Positions 1-10,699 of a stretch of 64,000 nucleotides of DNA are shown one piece after another. Both the position numbers and the translations under genes were made by a program. The first letter of the stretch is position 1, and each line of letters opens with the position of its first letter. The stretch is from the NCBI GenBank assembly GCA_001662655.1, contig KV460268.1. The stretch is one strand, 5' to 3'. Source of the DNA: Pseudogymnoascus verrucosus. Its lineage: Eukaryota. Under the pieces are notes generated by a model. It was not told where the DNA came from. It ran no database searches and was given only the letters and a program-made list of their open reading frames with translations.

Positions 1-158
1 AAGTAGAGATCGGTCTCGGCATCACACCCCAGACAAGCGTGCAGACAAGCATGCAGCCAAACTATCAAACTATCAAAAAAAACACAAAACGCCAAAAACG
101 CCACTGTCTCGGCCCCCACACCCACACATTTCGGTCCCAGTGTCGCATAAGAGCTTAC

Positions 159-173
159 CGAAGAGATGTAAAT
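159..173 (-). other. Candidate 15-nt micro-exon of a minus-strand gene continuing off the left edge
   Basis: The minus strand reads branch-like ACTCAC (200-205), then CCGCAG|ATTTACATCTCTTCG|GTAAGC, i.e. a canonical acceptor and donor 15 nt apart. Confidence 0.35.
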
Positions 174-1820
174 CTGCGGTGCCGAACCGGGGTAGGGGGG
201 TGAGTACCGACCCGGACGGAGGTGGGACGGGAGACGGGGGGAGATGGGATAGGATGGGTACGGGGGGAGATGGGAGATGGGGAATATTGGCAGGTATGGG
301 ATGGGTATTTGGGAGGGATGGGGAGTGTTGCCCATGATCTCCAGTTGAGCAGAAGAATAGGCAACACAGCACCCAGCACATACACACAGGCTTGTAGGGG
401 ATTTGTTGGTGTTGGTTGCCTAAGGCCTGTTGCCTGATGGAGATCTACTAGAGGAGGAGGAGGGATCCGGGGCGTCGATTTAACTCTACTTTCGTACCAC
501 CAGCGACAGGTATGGAGGGAATGAGGGTATGAGGGTTAGGTTGGGTGGTAACTCTACAGAGCATCTCCCACACACACCCAGCATCGATCAAAAGATGGCG
601 CGCTCGCACGAATCGCCCGATACCCCCTTCTTCTCCCCTCTTCTCCCCTCTTCTCCCCTCTACACACGATCCCTCCCACCCCTCCCGTCCATCTACCCAT
701 CCATCAATCCATCTAGATTCAGCTGCCCAGCTGGAGGGTAGGGTATCCTTCAAACTCCCCCCCCGTCCTGCATCCTCCTTCCCCCCCGTCCATACCTACA
801 GCACATCCCGGCTCCCATCCCAGCAGCCCCAAGCGCCCACACCACGCCCATCTTCACCGGCCGCGCGGGCGTCGCGGACCACCTCCACCACCACCACTCC
901 TCTTTCTCAGCATCCAGCCTATTTCCCCGCCCTCAACCGCCCTATCCCAATGCAGTCTCAACCCAGCCAGTCCGTGTCTGTTCCATCCTGTTCCAAGCAA
1001 GCGGACGGACATACCGATATATTGGTTTGCATGTTTCACACCCGCATGTGGCCAGAACGGGGGGGAAGGGGGGTGCATGTGTAAGTACGTCCTATGGATA
1101 GAAATAAAAATAGAAAAAAGGCGGCAGAGAGACGCGGGGGGGCACGCGAGACGGGATGGGGATGGGGATGGCGGTTCGGGCGGTATGTGTGTGGGAGTGG
1201 TGGGAGTGGTGGTGTGGTACAGAAACACCAGACTGAAGAAGAGTCACAGATCCCCCCCTTCCCCTTCCCAACCCCTCCCGCTCACTCACCGGGCGGCCAC
1301 CTCGTGGCCGCCCCATCCCGCACCATTGCGCCCTGCGTGTATGGGAGTGTGTGAGGGCGGCTGAGTGTTGGTGCGGTACCTGGTCTGCACCACAATACAC
1401 CACCCACTTTCTACACACTTCTCCATTCTCATCACAGTACACCACACAACCTACTCAAAGTACACCACACTACCCTGCACACACTCCACCGGTTCTACGT
1501 GCGCGCTGTCCGTCCCGTTCGCAAAATCGTACGATGAGCGGCACACACACGTGGTGAAAAAAAAAACGCGCGCAGGGACACACACTGACCGGGCGTTTCG
1601 TCGTCGTTGCTGCGCTGGCGAGGCGGATCGTTGCGCGGGTTGCGTTGCGGATTATCATCGGTGTCTAGTTGCGGTTATAAAGTTGTAGGGCGAGTGGATG
1701 AGTGAGTGGGGGGCCGGGATTTCCGCGGGGATCAACACATCATCTCCCCATCTTCCGGGCGCGAAACCTCGCGCGCACACCACAGCGCACCGCACCGCGT
1801 CGTGCTCCTGACTAAACCAC

Positions 1821-1854
1821 TACTAACACTACTAACACTACTAACAATACTAAC
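1821..1854 (+). repeat. Four TACTAAC copies at 9-nt period
   Basis: TACTAAC starts at 1821, 1830, 1839 and 1848. Confidence 0.9.
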
Positions 1855-2777
1855 CACACTACCAAAATCCGCCCTCTGAGACAACTCCCATGTCGTCGCT
1901 GTTTGGTTATGCACCCCGCCCCGGCCACCTCCCACTCCCAGGGATACCTCCATCCACCATCCATACATACAAACACAGCACAGCACAGCCCCGTGCGCCA
2001 CCAACAGCACCACCAACAACCCCCCATCCCGCAATCCCTCAGCCACACACCCCCTGCCCCTAGTCGCACCCCTAGTCGCACCCCGAAAGAAGCCCTAGCC
2101 GCCCGCGCCAGCGGTTTTCGCCAGTGGAGTTGCTAGTGTAGACTTGTCTGAACTAAACTAATGCAGGGAATTGGGGTGTACAGTAGTAGTTTAGTATGGA
2201 AGTATTATGTAGGCGGGTGGAGTGAGCTCCTCTGGTGGGTTAGGTTAGGATGTTTGAACTACTGCACGTATGCGTGTAGGGAGCGGGGCGGGAGGGAGGC
2301 GCGGTAGAAAGGGGGGGGGGATGACGATGATGGGTTATGGAGGCGGAGATCATGGCGGGACGGGTGTTACGGCATGACGGCACAGTGAAGAATGGATGCG
2401 GGTTATAGGTTGATTGATGGATACTGGTATGGTATGTATGTAGGTTGGTAGAAAACCCCGTGAGACGCCTGACACCGCGCCTGGGAGTCTGCGGCAGAAG
2501 GAATAAACCAGCCACGTTTGGATGCGCGATATCTGTTGAGGTCATCGGTGGTGTTGTTCGAGGTGGTTCGAGGGGACGTTGTGGGTGGTGTGGAGGGTGC
2601 AGGTGCGTGAGGAGAGGTTGGAGGGGTTGTGGTGTAGAGATGTTGTGATGTCGGCTTGGAGGGGTCGTAGTATAAAAGCGATGCGACGCCGAACTCGGAG
2701 GAGGTTTGTAAAAGTTGATAAAGGTCGACGCGCGAATGAATGCCTCGAGGTGAGAATCCAAGTAATCCAAGACAACT

Positions 2778-2902
2778 CCGATGACACACGCCCGCGCTGT
2801 GTAATAAAACACCAGAGTAAAGAATAAAACATACACCGATGACAAGATAGGGCCAGAACACGCCCGCCAATCGAGACGAAAAGTAATAACACGCCGCCAA
2901 TC
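2778..2902. promoter_or_regulatory. Cluster of reiterated motifs, probable cis-regulatory module
   Basis: CCGATGACA x2, ACACGCC(C)GC x3 (two followed by CAATC, forming CCAAT boxes) and AATAAAACA x2 within 125 bp. Confidence 0.4.
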
Positions 2903-3403
2903 CAAGTGAGAAGGAAGCAAAACCAAGCCTCCGCCCGCCGTTACACGATCGATATCGGAAGAAAACAAAACAAGCACTGCCCCAAACGCCACACTCTATC
3001 CTCCCTCCCTTTTTCCCGATCCCAAATTTCGTCACACCTCCGTCACTTTTCCCCCTCCTATACTCCGTCACACCCGCCTCACTTCATCTCTTTCCTCAAC
3101 GATTTCCTGCGCACACGTCAGCCCCGTCCCCTATCCCACAACCACCACCACAAAACTCACGGGACACTCTTCTTAACCCCCCCCCATGCCCTCTTCACCT
3201 GCCTTCCCCCCTCCTTCGTCACACTCTTAACCCTCTTCTCCCCCTCCTGCGCCGCCCTCGCAAACCTCCTCCTCCCCTCCCTAACCAAATCCCTCCCCCC
3301 CCTAATCGTAACCTCCACCCCCCTAACCACCTGACTCGGGACCCTCAACCCCTTTTTCTTCGGCCCCCCAACCTCCAACTTCCCCTCCACCTTCCCCTTC
3401 GCC

Positions 3404-6079
3404 TTAACGCTCGGCACCTTTCCCTTCGGCACCCTCACCCTCCTCCGTCCATGCTGCCATCGCCACTTGCTCCCCTCCTTTGCGCCCGGAAAAGTGGTCA
3501 TCGAGGTGGTCGAAGCGGGCGCTCCAGTCTGCTTGCGCGACAGAACAGGCGCAGAAGCCGCAATAGAAGGTGCGCGGGCAGGGGGCGAGGCAGCGCGCGA
3601 CGGTGGCGCTGTCATTTAGTTCCGTGGAGGCGATCTGATGAGTGCGTGAGAGGTGGGATTTGAATGCGTCGAGGTGGTAGGAGATGTGTTTGCATGCGCT
3701 AGGTTCGTGGTCGTCGCGGTTTTGAGAATGTGATTGTGGTGTCTGTAGGCTTTGTAGGGTCGATGTCATTGTGCCAGAGGAGAGGTGACAGCGCCAGGAC
3801 TCGTAGTGGAGGTGTTGTGAGTTCTCGTGCCGACGCCAGTCGTTCTTGCTGCCGAATGTTTTGGCGCAGGGAGGGAAGGTGCAATGGTATGGGCGGGAGT
3901 GGCGCTTCATGTGTTTTCTGGAAGGTGCGGGTTAGGAGGGAAGGTGCGATCGGAGGTGGGGGAGGGTGGACGTACGCCATTTCGCTGGGGCGGCGGCAGG
4001 TTTTGAAGCAAACGCTACAGGTGAGGGGGGATTGGAACTGGGTTGATGGAGAGGGGGCGGGGGGTTCAAGTAAGTGAGTGGTATTCCTTCGTAAGACGAA
4101 TCCACGGCTTTTCATGTCTTGTAGGATTGTGGCTGCGTTGTCGTCGTCTTGGGAGTCTGTGTGGCAGTCTTCATCTTTAGAATCAGCTGTAAGGAGGTCC
4201 CCTGGATTAAAATCTTCCTGGCTGGATTTGTTACGGCTGAACAAAGCTGATGTATTAATACGCCGGTCCATTGGATCCTTTGGAGTTATTGGCTTTTGGC
4301 TGGCGCCAATTCCCCTGGATTTCCTAATATCCTGGCTCCGTTTACTGGCAAGTGCGCTCGCGAGAGCTTTCTGTGCGTAAGAGTCGGTGGAACCATGTAT
4401 ATATGATCCATTCTCTCTCTTCGGGGTAGTCTCAATCGCAGCTGCAACTGGTGTTGCACTTTCAGATATATCCAACGTTGGGTCCATTATAAAACCCACA
4501 GGCTCAAAAGTCTCAACGGGCTCCATCCCAGAGAAATATTCCATATCCAGGGTTCCATGTGGCCTGTACTTGGTTTCCACCTGCATATGGGTAGTCTTAT
4601 CCTCTAGGTCACGGCTTTGGTCCTCTGGCATGTAGAAAGTCATATCCTCTGGACCAGGGCCTTGGTCATCATTATCATACATCTCATAATGGCTTTCATC
4701 AGTAACCAGAGATTCATTGCTCTGTTGCATGGCATGATCGTTGGAAATCTCCTGGCTGGCGTCCTGCATTGAAATATCTAGATTCCTTTCTTGTGGTCTG
4801 TCACTAGGTTGGATCCTAGGGTCCTCAAGCCGATGCTGCTCTTTCTTCCTTCAACCTGGATGTTAGTTAAGCTCACTTAATAGTACCCACTGTCACTAAC
4901 CGTCGAATAATCCCCTTGACCTCGTCCCCATTCAGACTATGGCATCGATTTAGATGGACCCCAAAGTTATCCGATCGAGTAAACTTCCTCCCCTTTTCTT
5001 GGCATTCACTGAAATGGCAAGAGAACACCTGGATGGGACGTCGTCCAGAAACTTCGCCCTCTGGGTGTTTGCTTCGAATATGCCGGTCCAGGTCATTGAC
5101 AGTCCCAAAACCCTGTCCGTGTCCACTGCCTGGGCAATCAGGGTATGGGCAGGTAAATGGCTTCTTATGGCGCAGATAATGTTTTCTGGAAACTTTCAGC
5201 ACAGTCTTCAACTTCTCTACAGTAGTCATACCTCAACACAGATGGTGTCCTGACTGCTTTATTGCAGGTTGGACAGCGCAGTAATGGAGGCACAGCAAGC
5301 GATGCTTCGGAAGAAGCAAGTTTTGGTCCAAACGTGGCATCCGACTGTTGGAAGCCATGGCTAGGGGCGGAATAAATCCGGTTTCCTGTGGCCTGAAGTC
5401 CAGTATCAAAATTGCTAATCGAAGGAGCATATGCGCTTTGCAGCGATCCATACCCTGAGTCCGATTGGGGCTTTCCAAGTACCACACCGGCTGCGGGGTC
5501 ACCCTCGGTCTGGAGGCGGTTCCCATATGGGTTATGATGGTTCACGGGAAGTTGTCCAACTGGCTGGCTCTTCGGCTGTAACCTACCGTCAAAAGTAGAA
5601 GGTCCGGCAAAAAACCCTTTTTGTGACCATGGATCATCGTCGTTGTAAACATAGGAAGCCAATGTGTGGGTATATGGAATAGTAGATGAAACACCCACCG
5701 ACATCTGTGGTGTATTTGTGGTATTGCTGTGCCATTTCGGCAGCGTTCTCTGCTCCGGTGTTCCGGAAGGCATGGAGTTATACGCAGCGTCCAAAGGATT
5801 GGATCCCAAGTTCCTAACAATTATGGAATCTCCTGCCACCGGTTGAGACGGATACCTCATGTGCATTAGGAATTGGCCTGAGTCTGACGGTCCATCATGG
5901 CTGAACGGGTCCCAGTTGGGCAGCGACGTGGCAGCGCGAGAAAATCTTGGTGGCTAGATCGACACGAATGTCAGATTATGTCTATATCACCCATGGAATC
6001 TATAGCTTCATACATTCGTGTTGCGGTGACCGCTATTCGAGTCCATCTTCGCCAACTCCAGAGCCTGTGTAAAGGCCAT
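3404..6079 (-). CDS. Multi-finger C2H2 zinc-finger transcription factor (5 exons; junction at about 4850 anomalous, possibly disrupted)
   Basis: The first finger cluster is CPTC...KHYLRHKKPFTCPYPDC...RHIRSKH...CHFSEC...HLNRCH. The second is CSVC...KHMKRHSRPYHCTFPPCAKTFGSKNDWRRHENSQH. GT-AG introns join the ORFs at about 5954-6013, 5187-5231 and 3919-3975. The start is ATG 6079 or 6046. Confidence 0.8.
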
Positions 6080-7019
6080 CAGTAGGTACGCACGCCGAGC
6101 TGCTGAGATGTCCTCCACAGACCAGCTTATTGACAGTCGGGACACTCTCGACTTCAAGCCTTGCGACCCCGATCAAAGTAGAGTAGGACACAGCCAAAAG
6201 GTAATAATTAACTCTCTCCAACATCCATGTTGAAAAGAAATATATTATGTTCCCTTGCAAAAAGGAAAACTAGATATGGCAAAATGGCGCTCGAAGCATC
6301 ATGACGTTGCGAACGACTCTGGCCGGGCGTTGATGGTTCGCAAAGGATCAAAATCCGCACCAAGGCAGATTCGACCGGTGTGTGCTTTGGGATTAAAAAT
6401 GAAGGTTCGCAAGATATACAAGGCGGAGGTGCTGTCACATCTTATGAAAAGACGGTCAGAGCAGGAAGCGGTAACAAGTGGCAACCTTCATCGCATCAGA
6501 GGTGCCAGGCCATGGATGTCAGGCGTTGAATTGAGGAGATTGAGGGCTGAGTCTTGTCAAATCAGAGTTATTCTATGTGGCATTTTGAAAAAGTGAGGCT
6601 GCTTACCGAAGGGCCGAGTCGTTTTAGGCAACAGTACACCACACCACATTGGCGGGCGTGATTGACAGGCCGCGAAACGTTCTCCTGTGTACAGCACCAA
6701 CCAGGTATCACAATCATTTCCATTCGAGAACGTCGTGCTTGTAAATTATTGTAATATTATCAAAGTTAGAGGAGTTGACCAGTCACATGATAATCATGTG
6801 ATCAATGTTTTTCAGAGTCACACAAGGGAATCCATAGCGCTGCCAATCCTCCCTGGCAACAGCCACCCCCTAGCACCGATCGCAAGAATGGTTACACGAA
6901 GAAAGATGATATTCATGATTGAGCAAATGATACAAGCATGTCAACGATAGCTCTAGAATCCAATGCAGAGCGCTACCAGTAGCACGGCCGATGAACAGAG
7001 CCCTCAACCCTCGATGTTC

Positions 7020-7821
7020 CTAGAACATTGCGCCTGCCTCATATCTAACGAGGCTTGGACACCAGAACCTGTCGAGAGGAGACAAAATATCAGAAAAATC
7101 CACTAGGAGGCCCTTGCCTTCCCAGTTATCTGCTTTTAAAGACTCAACAGAAAATCCGATGATATAGAAGAAATCTAATTGTGCCTGTATAACGCCGAGC
7201 TCTTGTTTTGATGGAGGGACGAAATCGTAAATAATCGCATAAAAATCCAAGCTTGGATCAAAGCCTAGATGTGATAGAGTTTTGCCAGGCACTTTCATCC
7301 ACCCATGGCAATTCGTCATATTAGGCATAGATGAGACCGCTACCGTCTCGCAGGCCTGAGATATTATCTTCTCACGACCCTCGGTAGAAAATGCCCAAAG
7401 ATTTCGAGCTGCTTCCTGCCTCGTGTTGATTTTCGATCGTAGATATATTGGGCTTGATTGCTCTATTCCACGCCTAACTTTCTGTAGGAGGGACATATTC
7501 TGACATTCCCTTTCAAATGGCCAATACCGTATAATGCCACCAACTGGCTTTGGACGCGTGGTGTGGTAGAACTAAAGCATCTCTGTTAATAGCAGCTAGT
7601 GAGTATTAACAATTACTTACAACTTTCATAGCGAGAGGCTATCCATCGCCAAAGCGTACTTTCAGGACAGTTCCATTGACACCACGCCCAAGAAACCGCC
7701 AGGACGTTATCTTCTGTTCGTGATGAGGGTACTGATGAAGGCGTGGTGCAATAAAATCAGTCCATGGGGATAGCGAAGGTCCTTGTTGTAATTCATCAGA
7801 TAGGAAGTCTGGTCTGTGCAT
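7020..7821 (-). pseudogene. Fungal kinase-like (FTA2-like) gene with one in-frame TAG
   Basis: Spliced reading: LGRGVNGTVLKVRFGDG*PLAMKV|FYHTTRP...WPFERECQN...YAIIYDFV...DNW...LLVDFSD. It has a Gly-rich loop, an AxK motif and a DF motif. Intron 7572-7620 is intact; TAG lies at 7639-7641. Confidence 0.65.
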
Positions 7822-8582
7822 GGGTTACAGAAGGAATATGGATGTCAGGTTATTTTTGAAGACAAGGTGAGCATGTTTGCTTCACCCACAGTAGGGATGT
7901 GGTAAGAGGGTGAAGTTTGGTGATCCCTTATCACAGGTCACAGGTTACGTCCATGCATAATAAGATCCGCCTAATTTGTCTGTCTACTCTACTTGCCTCA
8001 TAATATAGGGTAGAGGTTATACATTTTTTTAAGCCGGCCTATATATAATTGCTGTGAACTCGAGACTCATGGGTTCAAAATAATATATACTGTTCACAAG
8101 GGATTCCTATAATAAACCAGGGCAGTTATAGTGAATGAAGTGAATGATAATATTTTTTTATTGGTATTTAAATTCGATTAAAATTTAACGGCTATGAACC
8201 AATACGACTGTGTTGTGACAGAAGTTTTATACCAAAGCTGCCTCCAGACAAGTGAATCCAGTCTTTTTTCATTACAAGACAGTATAGAAACCTTTCGCTA
8301 AATCAAATAGACATAACCATGAACCAAGGAAAGTAAAAGTACAATTCTCAGTCCTCATAGATGGTCATGGGTGCTAACGCTGCCATGTCGGCCGGCGTGG
8401 TTGTGTTTCGCGTCACCGTGAAGGACTTGAGGCTCTCCAATAGATTCTCGCATCACCGAAGGTGGGACTTCTGCTGCATCACGAGGATCCTTGTAAGAAC
8501 TGCTGGGGCGTTAGTGACTGTTTTATGAGCTAGGGGCAGGCAAACAAAATAACATTGGGAATGTTTACCTGTTAAGAGTTGC

Positions 8583-9710
8583 TTACGAGCGGGTCTTGTT
8601 TCCGCCAACAGTAGAAGAGCCATCGCGGTCGCTATCGACTCTTGGGTCAAGCTTGTTCAGCAGATCCGAGTTGTGTGGGCCGGCGGTGTTCTGAGCTGTG
8701 CCGCTGCCTGCAGTAGCGTGGGATCCAGCAGCGTGGCTTCCAGTGTGGCCCGAGCTTCCATAAGCGCCACCTCCAACAGCTCCTAGGCCTGCACCTCCAG
8801 CAGCTCCGTAACCAGCTCCGGTGCTCGAGCCAATGGTGTGAGAACCAGTGGTCGAGTTGACACGTGGGTCAACAGTGTTGGCGACGTTCGAGCTGTGGGG
8901 GCCAGCGGTGTTACCGTAGCCAGATGTGGTGTTTGAGCCAATGGTGTGGGAGCCCGTGGTCGAGTCAACTCTTGGGTCAACCTTGTTGGCGAGGTTTGAG
9001 TCGTGGGGGCCGGCGGTGGTAGAGCTACCGTAAGCTCCGCCTGTCGCGGCGCCTCCTGAGCCGAAGGTGTGAGATTCAACGCGTGGGGCAGTGGTAGATC
9101 CGCCATAAGCCGCACCGCCAGTGCTTCCGTATGCTCCTGAGCCAGTGCTAGAGCCGATTGTGTGCGAGCCAGTGGTAGAGTCGACGCGAGGGTCAACCTT
9201 GTTCGCGATGTTCGAGCTGTGGGGACCGGCGGTGGTAGAGCTTCCGTAAGAGCCACCAGTGGTGTTACCGTAGCCGGATGTGGTGTTTGAGCCAATGGTG
9301 TGGGAACCGGTGGTCGAGTCAACTCGTGGGTCAACCTTGTTGGCAATGTTTGAATCGTGAGGGCCAGCGGTGGTGCTGCTGCCATATGCTCCACCAGTGC
9401 TTGAGCCGGTGTGACCAACTCCGGAGCCGACTCCTGAGCCGACACCAGCGCCAGTCATTGCGGCACCGGTGTGGCTGGTGTGGCTAGAGTGACCAGCACC
9501 AGTGGTGTGCCTGTTGGAGCCATCTAGGTCCGAGTCGACACGGGGATCAGCAGCGTTGGCAACTCTGGAGCTGTGAGGTCCAGCGGTTCCCTCCGAAACG
9601 CCAGAGTTGTGGCCGGTTGTGCTGCTCGAGTGAGTGGTAGAGGAATGACTGCCAGAGGAGGTAGAGTCGTGGTGCAGAGCATCCTTGACCTTGTTGATGA
9701 TTCCAGACAT
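8583..9710 (-). CDS. Fungal dehydrin-like (DPR-repeat) hydrophilin
   Basis: G/S/T/H-rich protein with six AGPHxSxxxNxxDPRV(D/N)S units, as in the Aspergillus DprA/B and Tuber TbDHN1 type. The likely start is MSGIINKVKDAL at 9710. Confidence 0.85.
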   Translation of the reverse strand: MSGIINKVKDALHHDSTSSGSHSSTTHSSSTTGHNSGVSEGTAGPHSSRVANAADPRVDSDLDGSNRHTTGAGHSSHTSHTGAAMTGAGVGSGVGSGVGHTGSSTGGAYGSSTTAGPHDSNIANKVDPRVDSTTGSHTIGSNTTSGYGNTTGGSYGSSTTAGPHSSNIANKVDPRVDSTTGSHTIGSSTGSGAYGSTGGAAYGGSTTAPRVESHTFGSGGAATGGAYGSSTTAGPHDSNLANKVDPRVDSTTGSHTIGSNTTSGYGNTAGPHSSNVANTVDPRVNSTTGSHTIGSSTGAGYGAAGGAGLGAVGGGAYGSSGHTGSHAAGSHATAGSGTAQNTAGPHNSDLLNKLDPRVDSDRDGSSTVGGNKTRS

Positions 9711-10576
9711 GATGATAGTTCGTATAAAAGAGTATTGAAGTTGGGTATATAGTGTTTGATGATTGTTGAGTATAGAGAAGAAATGTCTGAGATGAAGGAA
9801 AGCTCTATACTTATAGTAGAGAGTCTGGAAACTCCAGGTCAACTTCTTGGATGCCGCCTTCATCCAACCCCCACTTCCTGATGTAACACCGGGGATGAGC
9901 TCAGGGAATCAAGTTTTCGATCTATACTATTCATCGTGATCAAGGACCTGCCAAGATCCATCCTTCTGGTTTCCATTGGCTATTATTAACTTTGGCTACG
10001 TAAACATTTTTAATATGTGATACCTGGCAGACAGGAGAACCAGGAGAACTAAGATCGACTAGATCTTTACTAGATCGGGCGACGCCACAGGACCTATGAC
10101 GCCACCGGGATAAAGTGTGGCGGTGCATGGTTTCGGGGTCAGTAGATCCCGAACACCAACCAGTCTTTGGTAGTCCTATGGATCCCTGTTGGAAATGGCA
10201 TTGATTCCTTCCAAGTTTGCGTAATCGGCATCCATAGAATCCAGATGGAAGAGCCTCGTTTCCATATAATTCTACACAATAATTGACATGACGACTATTC
10301 TTTGTTAATTGTATATTTTTACATTCTCTGTTATATCAGACCCACAAAAAAGAGGGTAGAGGTTCCAAGGTAATATTATCACAACAGCTCCCTGCGTCAC
10401 ACCTCATTCTGGCCATGGCCAAACAATGTCGTGCGTGCCCGCTTCGCTGGCAACAACTAGCTCGTGGTCGTGCTGAACCGCACCGGTTCCCTGGCGCCCG
10501 TGCAAACTAACTCCATGCACTTGGCTATATTTGTTATAAGTCCATTCCAATGGGCCTGGCTGAGATGTTCCATGAA

Positions 10577-10622
10577 TTAGGCCACGTATCACAGCCTGGC
10601 CTGGCTGTGATTAGTGGCCTAA
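10577..10622. repeat. Imperfect inverted repeat / hairpin in MGR3-like 3' UTR
   Basis: TTAGGCCAC-gt-ATCACAGCC-(6 nt)-GGCTGTGAT-ta-GTGGCCTAA. Confidence 0.85.
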
Positions 10623-10627
10623 GTTGC

Positions 10628-10689
10628 CACTTGTATTCAAGGACTCCTTGAATCCTTGAAGACAAGTAAGGAGTCCTTGAATACAAGTG
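10628..10689. repeat. Perfect 22-bp inverted repeat with 18-nt spacer and direct-repeat flanks (MITE-like foldback)
   Basis: CACTTGTATTCAAGGACTCCTT (10628-10649) pairs with AAGGAGTCCTTGAATACAAGTG (10668-10689). CTAAGTTGC occurs on both sides (10619-10627 and 10691-10699). Confidence 0.9.
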
Positions 10690-10699
10690 ACTAAGTTGC

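Noticed and set aside
1..3000. Telomerase RNA, riboswitch or snRNA in the long non-coding regions
   Set aside because: No TAACCCTAA template on either strand, and no TPP aptamer, U snRNA or 5S signature recognised. A covariance-model search was not run.
73..3071. Many 60-250 aa ORFs on both strands
   Set aside because: Low-complexity P/S/H/T or G/V/W products caused by C- or G-rich tracts, with no family motifs.
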